Part shown: positions 18,696 to 27,691 of the stretch, in pieces | How the letters are laid out: each line of letters starts with the position of its first letter | How positions within the stretch are numbered: position 1 is the first letter of the stretch | Assembly: GCA_963729985.1 (NCBI GenBank) | Contig: CAVSPJ010000002.1 | Location: 394,015 to 458,014 of the forward strand | Direction of reading: 5' to 3' | Length of the DNA stretch: 64,000 nucleotides | DNA from: an uncultured Gemmatimonadales bacterium | GTDB taxonomy: Bacteria; Gemmatimonadota; Gemmatimonadetes; Gemmatimonadales; GWC2-71-9 | Program-made: the position numbers and the translations under genes | Notes under the pieces: model-generated | The model's database searches: none | Told to the model about the DNA's origin: nothing | What the model saw: only the letters and a program-made list of their open reading frames with translations

Positions 18696-19816
18696 TGCCG
18701 CAGAGACTTTCCGCCGCGATGCTGGCGCTCGCCGCCGCGGCGTGCAGCAACAGTGACGCGACCCCGCCGGCACCGCCGCCCGCCGAGGTCGGGGTGCACA
18801 CGGTGGAGTACCGCACCCTTCCGCTGCGCTACGAGTTCGTGGGCGAGGTGCAGCCGATCAAGCGGGTGGAGGTGCGCGCCCGGGTCGACGGCGTGATCGA
18901 GGCGCGGCCCTTTACCGAGGGATCGCTGGTGAAGGCCGGCCAGGTGCTCTACCGCCTCGAGCGGGTGCGGTACGACGCGGCCTTCCGGAGCGCGTCCGCA
19001 CGCCTGGCCAACGCCCGGCGGACCCTGGCGCGGCTGGAGCCGCTGCTCCAGCGAAATGCCGTCGCCCAGCAGGACGTAGACGACGCGCGGACCGAGGTCC
19101 AGTCGGCGGAGGCGGTGTACGACGACGCCCGGAAGAACCGGGAGGACGCGGTCGTCCGCGCCGAGATCTCCGGGCGGGTAGGCCGCACCAGGCTCGAGGT
19201 CGGTGCCAGGGTCACCGGGCCGGCGGATCTGCTCACGACGGTCGAACAGGTGGACCCGGTCTACGTGAGCTTTCACCCCTCGAGCCAGGATCAGCAGCAG
19301 TGGCGGCAGGATCCCCCAAGCCGGAAGCTGGTGCAGCCCGGCAGCCCTCTGGTCGTCCGCGTCGTGCTGCCCGACGGCACCGAGCTTCCCCGCGAGGGCA
19401 AGCTGGATTACGTGAGCCCGTCGGTCGACCCCGCCACCGGCACCCAGGAGCTGCGCGCTTCGTTCGCCAATGACGATCTCGCCCTGGTCTCGGGGCAGTT
19501 CGTGCGGGTGCGGCTGCAGGGCTTCGAGCGCGACAGCGCCCTGGCGGTGCCCCGCCGCGCGGTTCAGCAGTCGCTCGACCAGCAGTTCGTCCTGGTGGTG
19601 GGCAAGGGCGACACGGTCACCGCCCAGGACGTCGAGACCGGTACCTGGAGCGGGGACTGGTGGATCATCGAGCGCGGCCTCGCGCCGGGCGATCGGATCG
19701 TGGTGGAGGGCGTGCAGAAGGCGACGCCGGGCCGGCCGGTCAGCCCGGTGGCGCTCGCGGACAGCGCGGTAGTGGACAGCGCGGCGGCGGACACCGCCCG
19801 GGGAGGCTCGCAGTGA
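18695..19816 (+). CDS. Efflux RND transporter periplasmic adaptor (MFP) lipoprotein
   Basis: Lipobox LAAAACS, followed by HlyD/AcrA-like barrel-sandwich and coiled-coil segments. Its ATG shares 1 nt with the TetR stop (TGATG). Confidence 0.85.
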   Translation: MPQRLSAAMLALAAAACSNSDATPPAPPPAEVGVHTVEYRTLPLRYEFVGEVQPIKRVEVRARVDGVIEARPFTEGSLVKAGQVLYRLERVRYDAAFRSASARLANARRTLARLEPLLQRNAVAQQDVDDARTEVQSAEAVYDDARKNREDAVVRAEISGRVGRTRLEVGARVTGPADLLTTVEQVDPVYVSFHPSSQDQQQWRQDPPSRKLVQPGSPLVVRVVLPDGTELPREGKLDYVSPSVDPATGTQELRASFANDDLALVSGQFVRVRLQGFERDSALAVPRRAVQQSLDQQFVLVVGKGDTVTAQDVETGTWSGDWWIIERGLAPGDRIVVEGVQKATPGRPVSPVALADSAVVDSAAADTARGGSQ

Positions 19817-22800
19817 GTGTGAATCCGAGCGACGGCCAGAAGCGGCTCTACTTCTTCGTCCGGCGGCCGGTGCTGGCCGCCGTGATCTCGATCGTGATCG
19901 TGCTGCTGGGGACCTTCGCCCTGCTGGGGCTTCCGGTGGCGCGCTATCCCCAGATCACGCCGCCCTCGGTGCAGGTGACGGCCACCTACCCCGGCGCCAC
20001 CGCGGAAGACGTGGCGCAGGCCGTGGCCGCGCCCATCGAGCAGCAGCTCTCCGGGCTCGACGGCCTGCTCTACTACCGCTCGTCGAACTCCAGCAACGGC
20101 GTCATGAACCTGCAGGTGTTCTTCGACATCGGCCGCGACCAGGATATCGCCGCGGTGGACGTGCAGAACGCCATCAAGGTGGCGGAGCCCCAGCTGCCCG
20201 AGGAGGTGCGCCGCCAGGGCGTGGTGATCAAGAAGGCGCAGACCGACATCCTGCTGGTGGCTTCGGTCACCAGCGCCGACCCCCGCTACGACGCGACCTA
20301 TTTGTCCAACTACGCCAAGCTCTACGTGGTGGACGAGCTCAAGCGGATCAACGGGGTGGGCGATGCCACCATCTTCGGCGGGCTGGACTTCGCCATGACC
20401 ATCCGGCTCGACCCCGATCGGATGGCCCAGCTCGGGATCACGGTCGGTGACGTGCGCGACGCGGTGCAGGAACAGAACGCCACCAATCCGGCGGGGACGC
20501 TCGGCCGCGAGCCCGCGCCGGCGGGCACCCAGCTCACGCTCCCGGTGACGACGCTGGGCCGGCTCAAGACGGCGGACCAGTTCGCCGACATCATCGTGCG
20601 CGCGCGGGAGGACGGCTCCTTCGTGCGGGTGAGCGACCTCGGCACGGTCGAGCTCACCTCCCAGAACCTCGACCTGGTCGGGCGGATGAACGGCCAGCCG
20701 ACCGCGAACATCCTGATCTATCTCCGCCCCGGCGCCAACCAGCTCCAGGTCAAGGAGGCGTTCACCGCCCGGATGGAGGAGCTGGCCCAGGCCTTCCCGT
20801 CCGGCGTTACCTGGACCATTCCCTTCGACACCACGCCGTTCGTGACCGCCTCGATCGAGGAGGTGGTGATCACGCTGCTGGAAGCGATGGCCCTGGTGAC
20901 CCTGGTGGTCTTTCTCTTCCTCCAGAGCTGGCGCGCCACGCTGATTCCGCTCCTGGCGGTCCCGGTGAGCGTGATCGGGACCTTCCTGGGCCTCGCGGCC
21001 CTGGGCTATTCCGTCAATCTGCTCACCCTCTTCGCGCTGGTGCTCGCGATCGGCATCGTGGTGGACGACGCGATCGTGGTGATCGAGAACGTCGAGCGGA
21101 TCATGGACGAGGAGAAGGTCTCGCCCCAGGTGGCCGCCGACAAGGCGATGGGACAGGTGGGCGGGGCGCTGGTCGCCATCGTGCTGGTGCTCTGTTCGGT
21201 GTTCATCCCGGTGGCGTTCCTTGGCGGTATCACCGGGACGATGCTGCGGCAGTTCGCGGTCACCCTGGTGATCGCGGTGGTGCTGTCGGGCATCGTCGCG
21301 CTGACGCTGACGCCGGCGCTCTGCGCCATGCTCCTCAAGGGGACGCCGCACGATTCGACTAACCGGTTCTTCCGCAAGTTCAACGAGTGGTTCGACCGCG
21401 GCACCGGCGGCTACATCCGGCGGGTGGGGGGCATACTGGGGCGGCCGCGCGCCTGGCTCGCCGCCTTCGGCGTGATCCTCGCCCTGGCCTTCGTACTCTA
21501 TCAGCGGGTGCCCAGCGCGTTCATTCCCACCGAGGACAAGGGCTTCTTCGTGATCGCGATCCAGCTTCCCGACGGCGCCTCGCGGCAGCGCACCGACGCG
21601 GTGGTCGAGCGGGTGGAGAAGCTGCTTCGCAAGGAGCCGGGCGTCCGCACCTTCGCCGCCCTGGTGGGCTTCAACCTGCTGGCCCAGGCGAACCAGTCGA
21701 ACGGCGCGACCATGTTCGTCCTGCTCAAACCCTGGGACGAGCGCGACGGGGACAACAGCGTGGACGCGATCGTGGGCCGGGTGAACGGCCAGCTCTTCGG
21801 CATGAAGGACGCGCTCGCCTTCGGATTCAACTTCCCCGAGATCCCCGGCCTCGGCACCACGGCCGGCCTGGAGCTCAATCTCCAGGCCCGGCGGGGCCAG
21901 GACGTCCCGACGTTCGCCCGCCAGGTCCAGGCGGTGCTCGCGGACATGAACCAGCTGCCCGAGACGCCGGCCGCGGCGACGACCTTCCGGGCGAACGTGC
22001 CGCAGGTCTTCGTGCACGTCGACCGGGAGACCGCCAAGGCGCGCGGGGTCGAGCTGGATGACCTCTTCGCCACCCTCCAGGCGATGTTGTCGTCGCTGTA
22101 CATCAACGACTTCAACCTCTTCGGCCGGACCTACCGGGTGCAGGCGGAGGCGCAGTCGCGCTTCCGGCAGAGCCCGGAGGACATCGGCCGGCTGTACGTC
22201 CGGTCGGACAGCTCGGAGATGATCCCGCTCTCCGCGCTCACCCGGGTCGAGTTCCGCGGCGCGCCGAGCGTGCTCAGCCGGTTCAACGGCTTCCCCTCGG
22301 CGCTGGTGACGTCTACCGCGCCGCCCGGCGTCAGCTCGGGCCAGCAGCTCGACGCGGTGGAGCGCTTGCTGACCAGCCAGTACGACGCCCAGGGCGTGGG
22401 CTTCGCGTACAGCGGCCAGTCGTTCCAGGAACGGGCCTCGAGCGGCCAGGCGGGGCTGGTGTTCGCGCTGGGCCTGGTGCTGGTGTTCCTGGTGCTGGCC
22501 GCCCAGTACGAGAGCTGGTCCATTCCCTTCGCGGTGATCCTGGGAATTCCTTTCGGCGTGCTGGGCGCGTTCCTGGGCGTCTGGCTCCGCGGGATTCCGA
22601 GCGACATCTACTTCCAGGTCGGCCTGATCACGGTGGTCGGACTCGCGGCGAAGAACGCGATCCTGATCGTCGAGTTCGCCAACGAGCTCCGGGCCCGGGG
22701 GCTGAGCGTCCGCGACGCGGCCATGCAGGCGGCCCGGGAGCGGTTCCGGCCGATCCTCATGACCTCGTTCGCGTTCATCTTCGGCGTGGCGCCGCTCATG

Positions 22801-22983
22801 TTCGCGACCGGCGCGGGAGCCGCCAGCCGGCACTCGCTCGGTACCGGCGTGTTCGCCGGCATGCTCACGGCGACCACGGTGGGAGTCTTCTTCATCCCGC
22901 TCTTCTTCGCGGTGATTCGGGGCGTGACCGAGCACTGGCGCGGCCGCGCCGGCGCCCCGGCGACGGCCGAGGAGGGAGCGTGA
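19813..22983 (+). CDS. RND multidrug efflux permease (AcrB/MexB family)
   Basis: About 1056 aa, starting FFVRRPVLAAVISIVIVLLG. 12-TM architecture with two large periplasmic loops. GTGA overlap with the MFP stop. Confidence 0.9.
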   Translation: MSVNPSDGQKRLYFFVRRPVLAAVISIVIVLLGTFALLGLPVARYPQITPPSVQVTATYPGATAEDVAQAVAAPIEQQLSGLDGLLYYRSSNSSNGVMNLQVFFDIGRDQDIAAVDVQNAIKVAEPQLPEEVRRQGVVIKKAQTDILLVASVTSADPRYDATYLSNYAKLYVVDELKRINGVGDATIFGGLDFAMTIRLDPDRMAQLGITVGDVRDAVQEQNATNPAGTLGREPAPAGTQLTLPVTTLGRLKTADQFADIIVRAREDGSFVRVSDLGTVELTSQNLDLVGRMNGQPTANILIYLRPGANQLQVKEAFTARMEELAQAFPSGVTWTIPFDTTPFVTASIEEVVITLLEAMALVTLVVFLFLQSWRATLIPLLAVPVSVIGTFLGLAALGYSVNLLTLFALVLAIGIVVDDAIVVIENVERIMDEEKVSPQVAADKAMGQVGGALVAIVLVLCSVFIPVAFLGGITGTMLRQFAVTLVIAVVLSGIVALTLTPALCAMLLKGTPHDSTNRFFRKFNEWFDRGTGGYIRRVGGILGRPRAWLAAFGVILALAFVLYQRVPSAFIPTEDKGFFVIAIQLPDGASRQRTDAVVERVEKLLRKEPGVRTFAALVGFNLLAQANQSNGATMFVLLKPWDERDGDNSVDAIVGRVNGQLFGMKDALAFGFNFPEIPGLGTTAGLELNLQARRGQDVPTFARQVQAVLADMNQLPETPAAATTFRANVPQVFVHVDRETAKARGVELDDLFATLQAMLSSLYINDFNLFGRTYRVQAEAQSRFRQSPEDIGRLYVRSDSSEMIPLSALTRVEFRGAPSVLSRFNGFPSALVTSTAPPGVSSGQQLDAVERLLTSQYDAQGVGFAYSGQSFQERASSGQAGLVFALGLVLVFLVLAAQYESWSIPFAVILGIPFGVLGAFLGVWLRGIPSDIYFQVGLITVVGLAAKNAILIVEFANELRARGLSVRDAAMQAARERFRPILMTSFAFIFGVAPLMFATGAGAASRHSLGTGVFAGMLTATTVGVFFIPLFFAVIRGVTEHWRGRAGAPATAEEGA

Positions 22984-24431
22984 GCCGGCGGCAGTGGGCT
23001 CCGGGCCTGTTTCTGTTCCTGGGCGCGGCCTGTGCCGTCGGGCCATCGTACCAGGAGCCGGCGATCGCGCCGGCAGGCTCCGCGGTGGGGCTGTCGCCCC
23101 GCCCCGACTCGATCCGGGCGTTCTACGACTCGCTGGCCGTCACCGACTCCGCCCCCGCCGCGGCCACGACGCTGCGAGCCGATTCGGCCGACCTCGCCTG
23201 GCTCGCCGTTCTCCGGGATACGACCCTGCTGCGACTGGTGAGTCTCGCGGTGCGGGAGAACCGCGACGTGCAGACGGCGATGGCGCGGATTCGGGAGTTC
23301 CGGGCCCAGGTCGGCGTCGCCCGGTCGGGCCTGTTCCCCCAACTGGACGCCAACGCCGCGGCCAGCACCAATCAGATCGCGCTGGGTGCCTTCGACCCGG
23401 TGTCGTACGATGCCCTGCGGGTCACCGCGGACCTCCAGTGGGAGCTGGACTTCTGGGGCCGCCTCCGGCGCGGAGTCCAGGCGTCGCGCGCCGATCTCGA
23501 GGGCCAGGAAGCGGCCTACCGGGCCACCCTGCTCACCCTGGTGAGCGACGTGTCCACCGCGTATCTCGGGCTGCTCGAGCTGGGACAGGAGGAAGCGATC
23601 GCCGAGCGAACCCTCGCGTCCCGTCGCGCCACGCTGGCGCTCGCCCGCGACCGGTTCGAGAGCGGGGTTATCTCCGAGCTCGACGTGCACCAGTTCGAGA
23701 GCGAGGTGGCGGTGCCCGCCGCGGCCCTCGCCCAGGCCCGGCGGCTTCGGTCCCAGCGGGAGCACGAGCTGGCCGCGCTGGTGGGCCGGCTTCCCTTCGA
23801 CATCCCCTCCGACGCCAGCCTGGCGAGTGCCGTGGAGACGATACAGGTGCCCGACTCGCTGCCGGCGACCCTCCTGGGCCGCCGCCCCGACGTGCGCGAG
23901 GCGGAGCGAGCCTTCGCGGCCTCGGTGGCGAGGGTCGGCGTCGCCCAGGCCTCGCGGCTTCCGCGGATCAGCATCACCGGGAACTACGGCAGCCAATCGA
24001 GTACCGCGGACGACCTCTTCACCAGCAACACCGAGGTGTACCAGCTGCAGGCCGGGGTCTCGATTCCGCTCTTCACCGGTGGCCGGCTGGCCAACGAGGC
24101 CCGCGCGGCCGGCGCGCGCGCCGAGCAGGCCCGGCTCCGGTTCGAGCAGACGGTGCTCCAGGCCTTCCGCGAGGCGAGCGACGCGCTGATCGGGGTCCGG
24201 ACCGCTCGGGACCAGCGCCTGGCCCAGCAGAGCCAGGTGGTGGCCCTCCGCAAGGCGTCGGAGCTGGCCGACATCCGCTACCGCGGTGGAGTGGCGAGCT
24301 ATCTGGAAGTGCTGGACGCGGAGCGGCAGCTGTTTTCGGCGGAGCTGGGATTGAGTCAGACCCAGCTCTTGGAATTGAGCTCGGTGGTCCTGCTGTATCG
24401 GGCGCTGGGCGGGAGCTGGACGGTGGAGTAG
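22980..24431 (+). CDS. Efflux outer-membrane factor lipoprotein (NodT family)
   Basis: 483 aa with lipobox LGAACA and duplicated OEP/TolC repeats. GTGA overlap with the RND stop. Confidence 0.85.
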   Translation: MSRRQWAPGLFLFLGAACAVGPSYQEPAIAPAGSAVGLSPRPDSIRAFYDSLAVTDSAPAAATTLRADSADLAWLAVLRDTTLLRLVSLAVRENRDVQTAMARIREFRAQVGVARSGLFPQLDANAAASTNQIALGAFDPVSYDALRVTADLQWELDFWGRLRRGVQASRADLEGQEAAYRATLLTLVSDVSTAYLGLLELGQEEAIAERTLASRRATLALARDRFESGVISELDVHQFESEVAVPAAALAQARRLRSQREHELAALVGRLPFDIPSDASLASAVETIQVPDSLPATLLGRRPDVREAERAFAASVARVGVAQASRLPRISITGNYGSQSSTADDLFTSNTEVYQLQAGVSIPLFTGGRLANEARAAGARAEQARLRFEQTVLQAFREASDALIGVRTARDQRLAQQSQVVALRKASELADIRYRGGVASYLEVLDAERQLFSAELGLSQTQLLELSSVVLLYRALGGSWTVE

Positions 24432-24443
24432 GCGCGGTGGCGC

Positions 24444-25901
24444 CTAGCGCGCCACCCGCTCGACGATCCGGTAGAAGAACTCCACCCCGAACCGCAGGTT
24501 CTCGACCGTGACCCGCTCGTCGTTCCCATGCACCGTACGGGCGTCTTCCTCGCTCAGCCGGAAGGGGCTGACCCCGTACGCCCCGATGCCGATCGCGCGG
24601 TAATAGTAGCTGTCGGTGTAGCCGGTCAGCATCGGCGTGGTGATGAGTGCCCCCGGCTCCATCGTCTCCACCGTCTCTCGGATCGCCTCCATCAGGGAGC
24701 CGCTCAGGGGCGACGTCGTGGCCTCGCGCTCGGGGCGGAGCGGGGTGATTTCCACCGCGGAGTCGGCAATGACCCGGCGCAGCTCGCGCATGAAGTCGGC
24801 CGGCCGCTCGCCCGGCAGGAGCCGCACGTCGAGCTCGGCGCTGGCCTCGGGCGGGATGACGTTGGTCTTCTCCGAGCCGCGCAGCGCGGTGATGCTGATG
24901 GTGTTTCGAAGAATCGCGTTGTAGTAGAGGTTGGAGGTGAAATACCGGACCGCGGCGGGGTTCCGGATCGCCGCCGCCGGGTTGGCGAACCACCGCCGCC
25001 GGCCGGGATTGTTCTCGCGGGTCGCCAGATCCTTGAAGTACCGCTCGGCGGGCGGCGTCAGCCTGATCGGCGTCTGGTACGCCGCGATCCGGCCGAGCGC
25101 CCGGGAGATCCGGGCGGCGGCGTTGTCGGGACGGGGGATGGACCCGTGGCCCGGAGCCCCCCGCGCCGTGATCCGAACCCAGTACGGCACCTTCTCCGTC
25201 ACCCCCACGCCGTAATACTCGGTCTGCCCCGTGGGCCCCAGCCGGTTATGCCCCCCCTCGTTGAGCAGGAATTCGGCGTCGCGCAGCAGATCCCGCTTTT
25301 CCCGCGCGAACCACTCGGCGCCGGACGAATTGGTCTCCTCGTCGGCGTTGGCGACCAGGATGATGTCACGCGACAGCGGCACCCCCCGCCGCTTGAGGGC
25401 GATCATCGTCATCAGCTCCACGATCGCGGTACCCTTCATGTCCAGCGCGCCGCGGCCCCACACCGCCCCCATGCGGGTCTCTCCCGACCAGGGATTGACC
25501 TGCCAGGCGGAGTCGGTCGCCGGCACTACGTCGATATGGCTCAACAGGACGATGGGCCGCTTGGTCCCGTCGCCCGGCAGCCGGGCGTAGAGGTTGCCCC
25601 GACCGGGAGAGGACTCGAAGATCTCGGCGGCGATGCCCTCGCGGGCGAGCACCTGCTTCAGCCACTTCGCGCCGGCAGTCTCGTGTCCCGGCGGATTCAC
25701 GGTCCGGATGCGGATATACTCCCCGAGCCGCTCGACCGCCTCGACGCCCAGCGTATCGAAGTCGGGGACGGAAGGCTGCTGAGCCGCACCGGCCGACGCC
25801 CGGATGGCAAGGGCCACTGCCACCCCCGTTACCCTGAGGGCGCGCGGCAACCGTGGCCGGCGAGATCCTTCGCTGCGGGTCACTCCGTCTCCTTGGCCCA
25901 T
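24444..25901 (-). CDS. M20 family metallopeptidase (secreted)
   Basis: The C-terminal 485 codons of ORF 24444..26642 carry ...IRIRTVNPPGHE...IVLLSHIDVVPA...GRGALDMKG...NADEETNSSG...NEGG..., which are M20 metal-ligand blocks. A signal peptide follows the ATG at 25901. Confidence 0.8.
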   Translation of the reverse strand: MGQGDGVTRSEGSRRPRLPRALRVTGVAVALAIRASAGAAQQPSVPDFDTLGVEAVERLGEYIRIRTVNPPGHETAGAKWLKQVLAREGIAAEIFESSPGRGNLYARLPGDGTKRPIVLLSHIDVVPATDSAWQVNPWSGETRMGAVWGRGALDMKGTAIVELMTMIALKRRGVPLSRDIILVANADEETNSSGAEWFAREKRDLLRDAEFLLNEGGHNRLGPTGQTEYYGVGVTEKVPYWVRITARGAPGHGSIPRPDNAAARISRALGRIAAYQTPIRLTPPAERYFKDLATRENNPGRRRWFANPAAAIRNPAAVRYFTSNLYYNAILRNTISITALRGSEKTNVIPPEASAELDVRLLPGERPADFMRELRRVIADSAVEITPLRPEREATTSPLSGSLMEAIRETVETMEPGALITTPMLTGYTDSYYYRAIGIGAYGVSPFRLSEEDARTVHGNDERVTVENLRFGVEFFYRIVERVAR

Positions 25902-26587
25902 TGCAGAAACAGCACGCCGATCGCCAGAAACATCCACAGGTTGCCGGGCACCCACATCAGCAGGCCGCCGAACTGCTGATCTTCCAGTGGCGACAGGCCC
26001 CAGGTCCTCGCCGCGACGGAATACCACGGATAGAGCACCCCGTCGGAGAGCGTGATCAGCGCGGCCACGATCTGCATCGGGATCCCCGCCAGGAAGAGAT
26101 AGAGCATGCCCATTCCGTAGGGCAGCCGGGGGAGCTCGGGAACGGGGCTCATGACCGGCCACCAGAAGATGGTCGCCGCCACGATGAACATGAGATGGGT
26201 CGCGATGTGCACGTCGTGGTTCCGCATCATCAGTTCGTAGAACGGCGTCAAATGCCAGACCGCGATCGTGACCAGGTAGAGCGTCGCCGCCACCACCGGA
26301 TGGGTGAGGATCCGGGCGCCGGTCAGGACCGCCGGTCGCCGGAGCAGCGGCTGGAGGAGCCACCCCGGGGTCCCCGCGATCAGCAGCGGCGGCAGCACCA
26401 GGGTGAGCAGCAGGTGCTGGGCCATGTGGACGGAAAAGAGGTAATAGTCGCTGAGGTCGTGCATCGGGCCGTTCAGCGCGAGCAGGAGCACCAGCAGCCC
26501 CCCGCAGAACGACGCGACCCGCCACGCCGGGGGTGGCGGCCCGAGGCCCCGGCGGCGGCGCAGCGGGCCGATGCCCCAAAAGTACAC
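25880..26587 (-). CDS. ctaG: Cytochrome c oxidase assembly factor CtaG (caa3-type membrane protein); the start is probably upstream (CTG 26704)
   Basis: ...FSVHMAQHLLLTLVLPPLLIAGTP... matches the caa3_CtaG pattern, and the gene sits directly downstream of cox subunit IV. The in-frame upstream sequence PYEWAWSLHPSVLIGTGLLGA looks like the family N-terminus. Confidence 0.75.
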   Translation of the reverse strand: MYFWGIGPLRRRRGLGPPPPAWRVASFCGGLLVLLLALNGPMHDLSDYYLFSVHMAQHLLLTLVLPPLLIAGTPGWLLQPLLRRPAVLTGARILTHPVVAATLYLVTIAVWHLTPFYELMMRNHDVHIATHLMFIVAATIFWWPVMSPVPELPRLPYGMGMLYLFLAGIPMQIVAALITLSDGVLYPWYSVAARTWGLSPLEDQQFGGLLMWVPGNLWMFLAIGVLFLQWAKETE

Positions 26588-26700
26588 GGCACCGAGGAGC
26601 CCGGTGCCGATGAGAACGCTGGGGTGCAGCGACCACGCCCACTCATACGGTCCCGCGGGCCGAGATCGCTCGTCGAGCAGCAGGGCGAGCGGCAGCCGCG

Positions 26701-27057
26701 TCAGCCCGATCGCGAGAACGCCCAGTGGTACGCCATCAGGGCGATCATCGCCACGATGACGATGGCCGCGATGAGGAGCGGAAAGACGAACACCCCCGTG
26801 AAGAGCTTGCTGTCGTTCTTCAGGTGCATGTAGTACATCGCCACCAGGGCGAACTTGACCGCCGAGAGCAGCAACAGCAGCGGGATGAAGAACGGCTCGA
26901 TCTGGTGACCCAGCGGGCCGGCACGCTCGCCGAAGGTGAACTCGTAGAGGCCGACCTCGAGCGCGGTGAGGACGAACAGGACCAGCCCGATCTTGGCGTA
27001 GGTGCCCGGGGTCGGGTGGTCGTGGGCGATCTCCTGCGCGGGCGCGTGGGCAGTCAT
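26701..27057 (-). CDS. Cytochrome c oxidase subunit IV (bacterial aa3/caa3 small subunit)
   Basis: 118 aa with 3 TM helices. HPTPGTYAKIGLVLFVLTALEV... is typical of CoxIV-type subunits. Positioned after subunit III. Confidence 0.8.
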   Translation of the reverse strand: MTAHAPAQEIAHDHPTPGTYAKIGLVLFVLTALEVGLYEFTFGERAGPLGHQIEPFFIPLLLLLSAVKFALVAMYYMHLKNDSKLFTGVFVFPLLIAAIVIVAMIALMAYHWAFSRSG

Positions 27058-27067
27058 CGGCCGGTCC

Positions 27068-27691
27068 TCACCTGATCAGATAGACGACGGGGAAGATCAC
27101 GATCCATACCACGTCCACGAAGTGCCAGTAGAGCGCCGCCATCTCCAGGTTGATCGACCGCTCGGGCGGCAGCTTCCGCCGCAGCGCCAGGTAGAACATC
27201 GTGACCAGCCAGATCACGCCGATCGTCACGTGGGTGCCGTGAAACCCGGTCAGCACGAAGAAGCTCGCCCCGAACATGTTGCGCTGGAGCGTCAGCCCCT
27301 TGTGCACGAAGTGGGTGAACTCGTAGACCTGCATGCCCACGAAGAACAGACCGCAGATGATCGTGGCGCCCAGCCAGGTCAGCAGCATCCGGCGATTGCC
27401 CTTCTGCGCGCCATAGAGCGCCAGCACCACGAACAGCGAGCTGAACAGCAGGAGCGCGGTGCCGACCGTCACCAGCGGAATCTCGATGATCGGCTCCAGG
27501 ACCTTGCCCGTGGCGGGATCGGTCCAGGCCTCGTGGGCGAACGGCCCCACCAGGCTCTTGCCCTTGTGCACCAGGTAGTTCGAGATCAGCGTGGCGAAGA
27601 ACATGCATTCGGACCCGATGAAGGTCCAAATCGCCAGCTTGCGGCTGTCGAGCCCGGTGGAGGTCTCCAGGGCGTGGGCGTGATCCGACAC
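27068..27691 (-). CDS. ctaE: Cytochrome c oxidase subunit III
   Basis: 207 aa. ...FFATLISNYL...FFVLTGFHGTHVTIGVIWL...YWHFVDVVWI... are conserved subunit III blocks. Confidence 0.9.
   Translation of the reverse strand: MSDHAHALETSTGLDSRKLAIWTFIGSECMFFATLISNYLVHKGKSLVGPFAHEAWTDPATGKVLEPIIEIPLVTVGTALLLFSSLFVVLALYGAQKGNRRMLLTWLGATIICGLFFVGMQVYEFTHFVHKGLTLQRNMFGASFFVLTGFHGTHVTIGVIWLVTMFYLALRRKLPPERSINLEMAALYWHFVDVVWIVIFPVVYLIR

Noticed and set aside
19564-23046. 1160-aa ORF on the minus strand, the longest ORF in the track
   Set aside because: It is exactly antisense to the strongly conserved AcrB/MexB-type RND permease. Its composition is R/G/E/H/P-rich with no recognisable motifs, typical of a high-GC shadow ORF.
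24434-24459. Hairpin GGTGGCGC-ctagc-GCGCCACC between the convergent OMF and M20 peptidase genes as a terminator
   Set aside because: The stem is only 8-10 bp, there is no U-tract on either side, and it overlaps the peptidase stop codon. This is too weak to call.
24444-26642. 732-aa ORF treated as one gene
   Set aside because: It is a composite. Only the C-terminal 485 codons (from ATG 25901, with a signal peptide) are the M20 peptidase. The upstream part reads ctaG out of frame and is P/A/R/G-rich.
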